Source: an uncultured Candidatus Micrarchaeota archaeon
Lineage (GTDB): Archaea > Micrarchaeota > Micrarchaeia > Anstonellales > Bilamarchaeaceae
NCBI GenBank assembly: GCA_963714085.1
Contig: OY970229.1
Span: 128,001 to 192,000, forward strand
DNA: 64,000 bases
Reading direction: 5' to 3'
Part shown: positions 47,142-56,454 of the stretch, in pieces
Numbering within the stretch: the stretch's first letter is position 1
How the letters are laid out: the number at the start of each line of letters is the position of its first letter
Notes under the pieces: model-generated
Databases searched by the model: none
Told to the model about the DNA's origin: nothing
The model's input: the letters and a program-made list of their open reading frames with translations, nothing else
Position numbers and translations under genes: made by a program

Positions 47142-47822
47142 CTATGGCGAGGTCGGAATGGGCGGGCCTGTTGTGCCAGGCCCTTGAGGAACGCTCTTGG
47201 CCCCTTTGGGGAGCAGGCTCTCCAGGAGGCGGACTATCCTCTGGAAGAAACGCTCGGTGACATAATGCAATAGCGTGATTTCGCGGGCGTATTCTACGCC
47301 GGAGGACGCTTCGAAGGCAGCGGCCGCGTGTTTGGCTATCGCAGCGTAGTCCCGGTCAGAAAGCGATACGATATGGAGCGACTCCAGTTTGTGCGCGGAG
47401 AATAAACCTCTGCTGTTGTGATGATACGCATTGGCCAGCATGACCGGAAGCTCGCCAGCAGGGCCGAATGACGTATGCCCGCCCGCATTGTACGCCTTTA
47501 GCGCGAAGCGGAATGCGAATTGGAGGGATGAGGAAACCGAATCTGCGCCCAATCCAAGGGAGCTGAGGAACTCATTGACCGTGCATGGCTTGGCCGGGTC
47601 TGGCATCTTGCTGGCATGGCCGAAGAAACCGTGCTTCTCGATGTGCCATAATTCCGAGCGCCTGGTGCAGTGGAAGGAGAGGCGCGGGAGCCTGGGCAAA
47701 TCGCTCTCCGTGAGTGAGGTCCGCACAATCACCTCGTCCAGCGCCGCGTGGATGCGGAAGCGCCTTTGCACGCGCCCTTTGTCAGGAGCGGTCTTGTCAG
47801 TGGCTGTGCGTAACGTGGTCAT
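47142..47822 (-). CDS. Hypothetical protein
   Basis: 226-aa ORF with AT-rich promoter; FHCT...L..I...GF weakly resembles an ADP-ribosyltransferase first motif. Confidence 0.55.
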   Translation of the reverse strand: MTTLRTATDKTAPDKGRVQRRFRIHAALDEVIVRTSLTESDLPRLPRLSFHCTRRSELWHIEKHGFFGHASKMPDPAKPCTVNEFLSSLGLGADSVSSSLQFAFRFALKAYNAGGHTSFGPAGELPVMLANAYHHNSRGLFSAHKLESLHIVSLSDRDYAAIAKHAAAAFEASSGVEYAREITLLHYVTERFFQRIVRLLESLLPKGAKSVPQGPGTTGPPIPTSP

Positions 47823-47910
47823 ATAGTTATTATATATGTATAATAGTGTTTATAAATAGTCGCATGTCGCGATTCTGGAGAACGCGGGCGGCCCGGCTTT
47901 GGCTTTAATG

Positions 47911-47934
47911 CGTCGTATTGGCCGGCTTCACGTG
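47911..47934 (+). repeat. 24-bp perfect direct repeat, copy 1
   Basis: CGTCGTATTGGCCGGCTTCACGTG, identical to 48528-48551. Confidence 0.95.
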
Positions 47935-47970
47935 CAGAATTATAAAACTAATCGTTGCAATACACGTATT

Positions 47971-48504
47971 ATGAAAAGACTCGTGGCAAAACAACTTGCA
48001 ATAGGCGCACTCGCAGGGGTGTTGGCGTTTACCGGAGTTCCGGCTTGCGGCAACAGAGCAGGGCAGGAAGCGAAGCAGCGGGAGAACCTGGCTCTCAGGC
48101 AGGAACTGCTGAGATTCAAGAATGAGCGCATCGAAGGCGCGTGCCGGCTCTCTACCAGCGAAGTTTTGCTCACGCTGAAAAACGGCAAAGGCGTGGTCCT
48201 CCAGTCAATCGAGCCGCTCCACCGCATGTCTTTTGATGCAAGGATCGAACTCACGAAAGATAAGACGCTATTCTTCAGATTGCCGGGCGAAATCAGCCCG
48301 GATACCCAGCAAGGCGAGTTGACGCTGACCACCTGGGACGGCAGGAACCAATACTCCAGCGGACCCCTTATCCTCGAGGTTCCGATGTGCGAAAAAGGCC
48401 AGGCAAGGATGCGCAATCCGAACATCTCCGCGATTGCAGCCCATGGCAACGCCAGCGGAGATAGCGGGATATTGCTGCTCGGAACGCTCTTTCTCCTGAT
48501 GTGA
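47971..48504 (+). CDS. Putative exported or lipoprotein, hypothetical
   Basis: Basic N-terminus, hydrophobic stretch, VPACG; hydrophobic C-terminus. Confidence 0.6.
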   Translation: MKRLVAKQLAIGALAGVLAFTGVPACGNRAGQEAKQRENLALRQELLRFKNERIEGACRLSTSEVLLTLKNGKGVVLQSIEPLHRMSFDARIELTKDKTLFFRLPGEISPDTQQGELTLTTWDGRNQYSSGPLILEVPMCEKGQARMRNPNISAIAAHGNASGDSGILLLGTLFLLM

Positions 48505-48527
48505 CGAACAGGCCTTGCGATTCAATC

Positions 48528-48551
48528 CGTCGTATTGGCCGGCTTCACGTG
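48528..48551 (+). repeat. 24-bp perfect direct repeat, copy 2
   Basis: Identical to 47911-47934. Confidence 0.95.
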
Positions 48552-48615
48552 TGACTTTGGGTGCAAAGCTTCCCGGACCCAAGGCATTTAAAATCACGCG
48601 ACGCTAGAGTCAGGC

Positions 48616-49017
48616 ATGGAACCCGTGACTTCGCTGCTGGAGGCGTTCGCGCTGTTGGTCGGCCTGGGGATGGCCGGCCGCATCGTGGCGGTGATATGGC
48701 CAGCCCGCACCAAGGAACTGGTCAGACAGAAAGTCGGGATGGTCAGCGACGGCCAACTGAGGATGATCGGCGCCGCGCTCGTCGTCCTCGGCGTCCTCTC
48801 AGGCGTCGTGGTCTTCAGCGCGCTCTCGGTGACGCAAGTCGCGGCGGTGTTGTTCGCTTTCAGCTTTCTTGCAGGGGGCTGCGTGCTCCTCGTCCCCAGG
48901 CTCGCCAGGTCGTTCTGGAGGGAGGATGCCGAGATGTCCGACGCGAACATGCGCATGCTCGCGGCCCTAACGACGCTCATCGGCCTGATCATAATCTATC
49001 TGGTGCTGCGATCCTAA
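48616..49017 (+). CDS. Small four-TM membrane protein
   Basis: Four hydrophobic helices; TTTAAAA upstream. Confidence 0.7.
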   Translation: MEPVTSLLEAFALLVGLGMAGRIVAVIWPARTKELVRQKVGMVSDGQLRMIGAALVVLGVLSGVVVFSALSVTQVAAVLFAFSFLAGGCVLLVPRLARSFWREDAEMSDANMRMLAALTTLIGLIIIYLVLRS

Positions 49018-50623
49018 CTTCCAGCCCCTCGAATTCCTTCAAGGGCGCTTTCCGATATCTCCCCTTTTTGTCCATACTGACAAGCCCTTCGTCCAGGACC
49101 TGCCTGTCTATGAACAGGCGCGTCGGCTTCATCCCGGAGTCTATCCTCTGGTTTATCCCTTCCATGGCGTATTCCATGCACCGGTCGACCCGGTCTGGTG
49201 TGAGGATGGTGGACATCGGCTGGTTCGAGCCCGCGGATTCCAGCAGGCGGTATATGCCGTGGTTCTCCTGCGCATGGTAGCCGAGCTTCTTTGCGACGCG
49301 GGGGAGGAACCAGCCGGCGCTGATCGGACGGACGCCGGAAGGCCGGACTTGGCTGTAGGCCGGATGGCCGGGCACGTCGGCCGCTTCGCTCCCTGGCATG
49401 AACCGCAGCCCGTTGAAGTTCAGGTAATCCGGCCCGCACGAGAGCGCGAACCGTATCGCCTCCAGATCGTCCTCCAGCGTGGAATGCGCGTATCCGCTTA
49501 TCCTCGCCCCGCCGGAACCGACGACCGCCTTGGGAAGCCCGAGTATCATGAAATAGGAGCTGGGCATGCCTGCCAGCCCGAGGCTCCTGAAGAACGCCCT
49601 GACTTTGTCAGGATACAGGAAGGATTCCCGTATCTGGCATCCCTCTTTCCCGTTGAACTTCCGCTGGGCCAGTATTACCTCTGGTTTGGAATGCTCCACG
49701 CCCGCGAACAGGTAGACGCAGCCGTTCTTCGAGAAGAAGCTGGCGTCCGCTTCGCTGAGCATGTCTATGCGCGTGTTCGTGCCCCAGACGAATCCCGCCT
49801 CCTTTAGCGCCAGCGCCTCCTTGCGCGCCAGCTCTGGGTTTATGGTGAACGTGTCCACGTCTATGTACGCTGCCTCGAAACCATCGGCTCTGGCTCTCGC
49901 CAAGTGCTCCTTGAACCTCTCCAGGTCCAGCCGGACGATCCCTCTCTGCTCCGCGCTCTTGTTGCAGAAGGAGCAGGAGTAGGCGCAGCCGCGCTGGGTG
50001 AAGAGCTCGACGGTCTTGAGCTGCCTCCCGTTCCGGACGAAGATGTCCATGTCGTGCTTGTCCGGGACGTGGGTGAAACCGAAATCCTGGTCTATCGCAT
50101 CGAAGTTTTGTACCCGCTCTGCCCTTGAGAAGTGGAATGCGCCCTGCCTGTCCACGAAACATAATCCCTGTATGGAACCGAGCTCGTTCTCCAGTCTCCC
50201 CCTGGACACGGATCGGGCGATGCGCACGATCCCCTCCTCGCCTTCCCCGTTGAAGAACGCGGTGATCTGCGGCATCTCGGCGATCACGTCGCCTATGCCC
50301 TTGGACACGTAGCCGCCGGCTATGATAGGGACGTTGAGGCCTTTTTGCTTCAGGTGCGAGCGGAGCTCCATGGACGCGGAATCCAGTTCAGGCAGCTGGG
50401 GCGACTGCACGCCTGCGAATGCGACCAGGTCCGCGCCTTCGGCTGCCTTGCAGATATTTTCTATTTTCACATCCGGCCGTTCCATGTCCAGCTGCTTCAC
50501 TCTGGCGAATCCCGCGTTACGCAGCGCGGACGCTAGCACCGGCAGTGCCTTGTTCGCCCCGTTGAACGTGCGATGGCGCAGCGGAGGGGCGGTGAGCAGG
50601 ATCATCGGGTCATTTGCCATCAT
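48989..50623 (-). CDS. B12-binding-domain radical SAM protein
   Basis: LPVLASALR, IIAGG, GEGE, TQRGCAYSCSFC, DTFT, GVE. Confidence 0.88.
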   Translation of the reverse strand: MMANDPMILLTAPPLRHRTFNGANKALPVLASALRNAGFARVKQLDMERPDVKIENICKAAEGADLVAFAGVQSPQLPELDSASMELRSHLKQKGLNVPIIAGGYVSKGIGDVIAEMPQITAFFNGEGEEGIVRIARSVSRGRLENELGSIQGLCFVDRQGAFHFSRAERVQNFDAIDQDFGFTHVPDKHDMDIFVRNGRQLKTVELFTQRGCAYSCSFCNKSAEQRGIVRLDLERFKEHLARARADGFEAAYIDVDTFTINPELARKEALALKEAGFVWGTNTRIDMLSEADASFFSKNGCVYLFAGVEHSKPEVILAQRKFNGKEGCQIRESFLYPDKVRAFFRSLGLAGMPSSYFMILGLPKAVVGSGGARISGYAHSTLEDDLEAIRFALSCGPDYLNFNGLRFMPGSEAADVPGHPAYSQVRPSGVRPISAGWFLPRVAKKLGYHAQENHGIYRLLESAGSNQPMSTILTPDRVDRCMEYAMEGINQRIDSGMKPTRLFIDRQVLDEGLVSMDKKGRYRKAPLKEFEGLEVRIAAPDRL

Positions 50624-51668
50624 GATCCCCGCGTATGTTATAAAGCTCAATATCGTCAGCTGCCTTGAACGGGCATGTGGATTGGTTCGTATCGAGCCAC
50701 AGACCCATCCGATCAGCCAATTTGTGATTGACCTGCTTCAGCATCTCCGTCCGCTCGCGTACCGCGACGCGCTCGGCTACCCTGACGAGTTCCACCGCCT
50801 TCTCCAGCCCTAGGTCGGAGATGTTTCCGATGGTATCTCTGATATCCTGCATCGTGCAGTAGGAGACGAAGCCGTCCTGGTTTATGCGTATCCCGTAGCT
50901 GGCGAAGATGCAGGTGATCCCGACATACCCAGACTCCCACGAACCCAGCCTGTACTTCGCCTCTTTTATCCTCTCTTTGCCGACCCGGAGCTGGTCCCGG
51001 TTCTCGTATGCCCTTCCCACCAGGCCCAGCTGGTCCACCATGAGCAAAATCCCCTTGCTCTCGCAGAACTCCTGCAGGCTGGCCAGGCCGTCGATGTTCA
51101 TGGCCGTATAGACGGCTGCGACTCCGATCCTCGTCAAGCCGTCCTGGACGCTCCCGTAACCCGCATCTATGAGTTTCCCTATGGCGTCGTACGCCTTCGC
51201 GAACGATCCTTCTTTTCTGGTGATGGCGTCATGGATTTTCGCATCGAGCGATTCGAGCTTCACTAGCGGGGAGACGTTGTTCTCGAAAAGGAATTTGGCC
51301 ATCGGCCCGTCGATGTCCTGCGCCGCGGTGTATATCACGCTCGTCATGCCGAGCGAATGCGCGTGGGACACCACTTCGGTGAAACCAGGATCCAACAAGG
51401 GCTCGCCAGCGCCGGTCGCGACGAACGTGCTGGCGCCGAGCCTTTTCGCATCATCCAGGATGGCTTTCCTGTCCTGGGTGGTGAGCTTGCCCTCCCGGTG
51501 ATCCGTGAAGCAGTATAGGCAATTCAGCATGCAGTGGCCGCTGAAATAGAGGTCAATGAAATGGAGGCCTTTCGGATTTTTCGAGAAATCCACATCGTGC
51601 AGCCCGACCAGGCGCTTAGGTGCGGAGCTGTCCGTGTATTTCCCGGTCAACAGATGCAATTGCTTCAT
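50610..51668 (-). CDS. Radical SAM protein (PqqE/SkfB-like, possible Twitch C-terminus)
   Basis: CMLNCLYC, GEPLL, C...GI.I..DG.V.YC...IGN. Confidence 0.88.
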   Translation of the reverse strand: MKQLHLLTGKYTDSSAPKRLVGLHDVDFSKNPKGLHFIDLYFSGHCMLNCLYCFTDHREGKLTTQDRKAILDDAKRLGASTFVATGAGEPLLDPGFTEVVSHAHSLGMTSVIYTAAQDIDGPMAKFLFENNVSPLVKLESLDAKIHDAITRKEGSFAKAYDAIGKLIDAGYGSVQDGLTRIGVAAVYTAMNIDGLASLQEFCESKGILLMVDQLGLVGRAYENRDQLRVGKERIKEAKYRLGSWESGYVGITCIFASYGIRINQDGFVSYCTMQDIRDTIGNISDLGLEKAVELVRVAERVAVRERTEMLKQVNHKLADRMGLWLDTNQSTCPFKAADDIELYNIRGDHDGK

Positions 51669-51773
51669 ATAACATCACCAATAATAACTACTATTCCATG
51701 TTAAATATAATTATCTAAAAATTATTCTCACAAAATGACAATGCTTATATATTTACTGTTACAATAGTAAAAT

Positions 51774-52787
51774 ATGGACAATGTCTATATTCTTGATACC
51801 AAGGACAGGAAGATACTCGCTGAGCTTGACAGCGACGCCAGACAGTCCAACAGCGAGATAGGGAAGAAGGTCGGCCTCAGCAAGGAGGTCGTGAAATACC
51901 GGATAGACAAGCTCATGGAGAGGGGCGTCATACTCCGGTTCCATACGATAGTGAACTATTTCCGCATCGGCATCATGAAGTACAAGCTCTACCTCAAGCT
52001 GAAGAACGTCAACAGGAAAAAGCGGGAGGAGATAGGGCGGCATTTCTCCAGCCACCCCAGGAGCGAGTGGGTCGTGCTCACCAGCGGCAAATGGGACATG
52101 ATAGTAGGGTTCTACGCGAGGAACGTGAACGAGTTCGACGACGACGTCCTCGCGGCGATGAACCGCTTCACGGACTGCATCCAGGACAAGGCCGTGACGA
52201 CCACGCTCTATCTGGCGCACCAGATGCGCGGCTTCGTAGAAGGCCGCGAGGAGAAGGAGCCCTCGACTGTCGTCTATTACACCACCAAGGACAGGCTGGA
52301 GAAAATAGACCGGCTGGACGAGGAGCTTCTACGGACGATCGCAAACAACGCCCGCATGCCCACCACCATGATCGCCAAAAGGCTGAAGACCACTCCCAGG
52401 GTGGTGCAGTACCGCATCAGGGAGCTGGAGCGGAAGAAGGTCATACTCGGATACAGGTCGCACCTCGAGCCGAAGGCCATGGGGAACCTGTTCTGCAAGG
52501 CGATAATCTACCTGACCAACGCGAACGAGGAGAGGATAAACTCGTTCATCGGCTTCGTGTCGTCAATGAAGGGCGTTGTCTGGCCCCAGAGGGTGCTCGG
52601 CTCGTGGGATTTCGAGATAGACTTCGAGCTCCCCAGCTACGACGAGTTCCAGGAGAGCATAATGAGGCTGAAGGAGAGGTTCCCGGACATAATGAAGGAC
52701 CAGGACTTCACGATAACGTACAAGGAGTTCAAGCTCGACCTGTTCCCAGGAGCGATTCCGTCGGTCAAGGAGGATGCGAAGGCGTGA
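51774..52787 (+). CDS. Tandem-domain Lrp/AsnC regulator
   Basis: Two HTH+RAM units (LDTKDRKIL...DARQS; IDRLDEELL...NARMP). Confidence 0.9.
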   Translation: MDNVYILDTKDRKILAELDSDARQSNSEIGKKVGLSKEVVKYRIDKLMERGVILRFHTIVNYFRIGIMKYKLYLKLKNVNRKKREEIGRHFSSHPRSEWVVLTSGKWDMIVGFYARNVNEFDDDVLAAMNRFTDCIQDKAVTTTLYLAHQMRGFVEGREEKEPSTVVYYTTKDRLEKIDRLDEELLRTIANNARMPTTMIAKRLKTTPRVVQYRIRELERKKVILGYRSHLEPKAMGNLFCKAIIYLTNANEERINSFIGFVSSMKGVVWPQRVLGSWDFEIDFELPSYDEFQESIMRLKERFPDIMKDQDFTITYKEFKLDLFPGAIPSVKEDAKA

Positions 52788-52855
52788 ACAGGCGCTTCGT
52801 GGTCGCTTAGCGTACCGTGGGAGAACGGTGCGCCGATGGGCCTGTGCCGCTCCCC

Positions 52856-53464
52856 TCAGTCAGGCCCCTGGTAGAGGACCACGCAGGAACCGTCGTCGAG
52901 CCCGCATGAGACGTTTCCTGCGAGGAGGAACTCCGGGCACATCCCGGGTTTGGAGTATATGGCGCCGTATTGCGAAGAGACGTTCGCGGCGTATCGCTGG
53001 TTCACGCAGACGAACTGGCTCGGCACGTTGTTGTCGCACTGGCTTATCAGCTCCTTGGCGCAGTCGGAGGAGGAGTTCGCATGGAACATGCCCTCGTCCA
53101 GGCTGAATCCGGCTCCGGCCGAATTGTTCAGTTCCTGCGCGAGGTTCACCTCTTTGGATCCGGACGCGTTGATTGGCGGGACCGGCTCGTTGGGGCAGTT
53201 GTACACCGCGCCTGGAACCGCGCATCCGTCGGACGCTATGCCGCAGACGTAGCCGTCAGGGCACGTGGCCGGGGGTTCGGTCCCGTTCACGGATGTGTTG
53301 TTGGCGGGCGTCGGTATCGGAGGCACGCACGGAGGTATGTTGTTCGGAGCGCGGCAGGACGTCACTCCGTTGCAGGTCACGTTGATGCAGCTCACAGGCG
53401 GCGTCGTGGCGCAGCCGAAAAGGAATACCAGGATTATCAAACCCGCGAAGCCAATAAGTCTCAT
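52856..53464 (-). CDS. Cys/Pro-rich lipoprotein
   Basis: Lipobox LFGC; many Cys; several N-x-S/T sequons. Confidence 0.7.
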   Translation of the reverse strand: MRLIGFAGLIILVFLFGCATTPPVSCINVTCNGVTSCRAPNNIPPCVPPIPTPANNTSVNGTEPPATCPDGYVCGIASDGCAVPGAVYNCPNEPVPPINASGSKEVNLAQELNNSAGAGFSLDEGMFHANSSSDCAKELISQCDNNVPSQFVCVNQRYAANVSSQYGAIYSKPGMCPEFLLAGNVSCGLDDGSCVVLYQGPD

Positions 53465-53522
53465 GCCATCACCGGATATATGGGTTCGCGTGATGGCAAT
53501 AAAAGGGTATGCGCCGCCGCGC

Positions 53523-53858
53523 TCATTTCCCGGACTTCTTCGCGGACTCTATCTCCCTGGTGAGGGACCAGCTCAGGACGGTCCGTATGGCGACCGTGAG
53601 CGCCACGGTCAGGATGTCGTTTATGCCGGTTGCCAGGACCAGGCGCACCAACCCTGAGGCGACGAAGAGATCCAGGGATATGATTATCTTCTGGATGAAC
53701 CAGAGCTTGGCGTCCTCGTAATCGCCGAACAGGTTCTTGCGCGAGAGCTCGGCCCTGACCATCTTCACGACCGCGACGATCACTCCGTAGATGAGCAGGA
53801 TTATGCCCAGCGCGTCTATGGCGAGCGCGACGTAGTTCAGGAGGTCGGTGACGTCCAT
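53523..53858 (-). CDS. DUF1622 family membrane protein
   Basis: LDLFVA..LVR...V.IRTVLSWSL.REI. Confidence 0.85.
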   Translation of the reverse strand: MDVTDLLNYVALAIDALGIILLIYGVIVAVVKMVRAELSRKNLFGDYEDAKLWFIQKIIISLDLFVASGLVRLVLATGINDILTVALTVAIRTVLSWSLTREIESAKKSGK

Positions 53859-53972
53859 GGTGGGGTTAGCGAAGTCATGGCTTAAGAAACTTGCGCCCGC
53901 GCCACAGGACAGAGACCGCCCCCAGCAATTTAAAACATTTCTCTCCATAAGAAGCGAATCAGCTCAGGAGGG

Positions 53973-54656
53973 ATGATGATGCAGACAGGACTGGCTCGTT
54001 CAAGATCCGGCTATTCGATAAAGAGGGCTCTCGCGTTCGCAGCGCTCGGCTTCCAGGTGCTCACAAGCCAGATGATGGTGTCCTGCACCGAAAAGGACCA
54101 GGCTCCGATCGTAGCTCCGAAGAAGGACAGAAAGCAGCTGAACCAGGAACTCCTGCAGGCCGCGGAAAAAGCGGATTGGAGAGCGCTGGTCGATGCGCTC
54201 AACGGCGGGGCGGACGTGAACGCGAGGAACAAGGACAATAGGACGGCGCTGATGGGGATCGCCGGGCTGGAGAGCTGGGGACGCACGACGGCTACGACGA
54301 GCGATGGAAGCGGCATGGATGCCGCCAGGTTTCTGCTCGCGAAGGGAGCGAAGGTGGATGCGAAGGACAACCGTGACCAAACGGCGCTGATGGTTGCTGC
54401 CGGGATGGGGAACAGGGATATCGCAGAGCTCCTGATGGCGAACGGCGCAGATGTGAATCTAAAGGATATCGATCGCGAGACGGCGCTGACCAGGACCGCC
54501 GTCACGGGCGATGCCGAACTCGCGAGGGCCCTCATGGAGAGAGGGGCGGACGCGGATGTGAAGAACGTCAAGGAGGGCAGGACCGCGCTGTCGATCGCAG
54601 TCAGGAACGGATGCACGGCCACCGAGCAGTTCCTCAGGAAGCGCGGGGCCGATTAG
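53973..54656 (+). CDS. Ankyrin-repeat lipoprotein-like protein
   Basis: Signal ending MVSC; about 5 ANK repeats. Confidence 0.85.
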   Translation: MMMQTGLARSRSGYSIKRALAFAALGFQVLTSQMMVSCTEKDQAPIVAPKKDRKQLNQELLQAAEKADWRALVDALNGGADVNARNKDNRTALMGIAGLESWGRTTATTSDGSGMDAARFLLAKGAKVDAKDNRDQTALMVAAGMGNRDIAELLMANGADVNLKDIDRETALTRTAVTGDAELARALMERGADADVKNVKEGRTALSIAVRNGCTATEQFLRKRGAD

Positions 54657-54980
54657 GGACCGATTAATTCCGTGGATGCTCCAAGGCGCAGATCCCGCCG
54701 CCGAGACACTGTTTTCGGCCTGGATGCCCCTCGCGCATGCTTGTTAATCGAGGACCGTCCCGTTGCTCACCTCACTGAGCACGTACTTGTTGCCGGAGCC
54801 GCAGCGAAACGCGGGTTGTTCCCGACCTGGTCCGTGGCGATCACGGAGAGCGGGCTGTCGGCCGGGACTCCACCGCCCCCGAAGCCTCGCCCCATCGGGA
54901 TCATGCATCTGCAGTTCTGGCTACACACGGAATTGCAACGAGCATAACTGTTAAAAGACATCCCCTGTAACATAAGTCCC

Positions 54981-56327
54981 ATGTTCAACTCAAAACAGCT
55001 CTATAGGACGTGCAAGGCTGCTCTCGTCGGCATCGCCCTCTCGCACGCAGTCTCGGGATGCGCTCCGCTGGTCGAAGCCAGGCGGCCGAGCACGACGGTA
55101 GCAGCGCAGCCGAGCGTAGCTGTCTCGGATGACACCGGAAAGGGCCAGATCAAGCAGCCGAACGCGATTGGATCTGGCAACACGAATAATCCGGTTGGAA
55201 AGGACTCGGAACAGAAATGCGTTCTTTGCTCGCCGGGTGTGAAGGATTTTGAATCGGAGCGGCTGCTTTCGTTCGCTCGCACGAAGGATGCGAAGCTTGT
55301 CGAACGGCTAATCGCAAGTGGAGCGGATGTGAATACGCACGATATGAATGGTTTTACGGTACTGATGTTGGCCGTCATGGAAGGGCATAAGGAGATCGTA
55401 GAGCTGCTGATCGCGCATGGAGCGGATGTGGATGCTAAGGACATGGATGGTCAGACGGTGCTGGGGTGGGCCGCTTTCAAAAGGCAAAAAGACATCGTCG
55501 AGCTGTTGATTGCACATGGAGCGGACGTGAATGCAACGGCTATGGGGGGGCGTACAGCGCTGTCAGGGGTAGCTTTCGACGGGTGCAAGGAGATTGCCGA
55601 GCTGCTGGTCGCGCATGGGGCGGATGTGGATGCTAAGGATGTGTTGTCTGGTTCCACGCCACTGAAGACCGCTGCTATAGAGGGGCATAAGGAGATCGTA
55701 GAGCTGCTGATCGCGCATGGGGCGGATGTGGATGCGAGGGATGGGTATGGCATGACTGCGCTGATGTGGGCTGCCATGAAGAGCCAAACAGAGGTTGCAG
55801 AGCTGCTGGTCGCGAAAGGAGCGAATGCGAATACGAAGGACTACTACGGCATGACCGCGCTCATGTATGCTGCAGAGGAGGGGCACACAGAAACAGCCAG
55901 GCTGCTACTGGAAAAGGGTGCCCGGGTGGATGCAAGGAACAGGATTGTCGGTAAGACAGCGCTCGTGTATGCCGCAGAGAGGGGGCATACAGAAACGGTC
56001 AGGCTGCTCCGGGAGAAGGGTGCGGATGTGAACGCAAAGGATTACACCAGCGAGACCGCGCTCATGCAGGCTGCAGTTAATGGGCAAACAGAAACAGCCA
56101 AGTTGCTCCTGGAAAAGGATGCCGATGTGGATGCAAAAACCACCACTGGCGCGACCGCGCTCATGTTCGCTGCAGATAAGGGGCAAACAGAAACAGTCAG
56201 GCTGCTCTTGAAAAAAGGCGCTGATGCGAACGCAAAAACCAACAATGGCAAGACCGCGTTCGATTGCGCAGTAGAACATGGCCACACGGAAACCGCCGCT
56301 CTCCTGCGCGCGAAGATGGCCAAATGA
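54981..56327 (+). CDS. Ankyrin-repeat lipoprotein, array member 1
   Basis: Lipobox VSGC; about 10 ANK repeats; ends LLRAKMAK. Confidence 0.92.
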   Translation: MFNSKQLYRTCKAALVGIALSHAVSGCAPLVEARRPSTTVAAQPSVAVSDDTGKGQIKQPNAIGSGNTNNPVGKDSEQKCVLCSPGVKDFESERLLSFARTKDAKLVERLIASGADVNTHDMNGFTVLMLAVMEGHKEIVELLIAHGADVDAKDMDGQTVLGWAAFKRQKDIVELLIAHGADVNATAMGGRTALSGVAFDGCKEIAELLVAHGADVDAKDVLSGSTPLKTAAIEGHKEIVELLIAHGADVDARDGYGMTALMWAAMKSQTEVAELLVAKGANANTKDYYGMTALMYAAEEGHTETARLLLEKGARVDARNRIVGKTALVYAAERGHTETVRLLREKGADVNAKDYTSETALMQAAVNGQTETAKLLLEKDADVDAKTTTGATALMFAADKGQTETVRLLLKKGADANAKTNNGKTAFDCAVEHGHTETAALLRAKMAK

Positions 56328-56454
56328 ACTCGCCCGTCGGACCTGCGAAAGGATCCTGAAGCTTCGCGCCATCGTGCAGCGGCGGTCCTGGCTTCACACG
56401 AAATCGCAAAGGGCACAACTCTTAAAAAACATCCCCAGCAACATAAGTGCCATG
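56304..56454 (+). repeat. ~150-bp ankyrin-array junction repeat (gene 3' end, spacer, promoter, next ATG)
   Basis: Nearly identical at 57529-57679, similar at 58628-58778; partial copies at 54917-54983 and about 59430-59465. Confidence 0.93.

Noticed and set aside
54672..54988. Short ORFs between the ankyrin genes
   Set aside because: Three overlapping short frames with no motif or clear start signals; cannot support any
56278..56451. N-terminal extensions of ankyrin members 2 and 3 in the ORF track
   Set aside because: They run through the junction repeat; all members align at the later ATG
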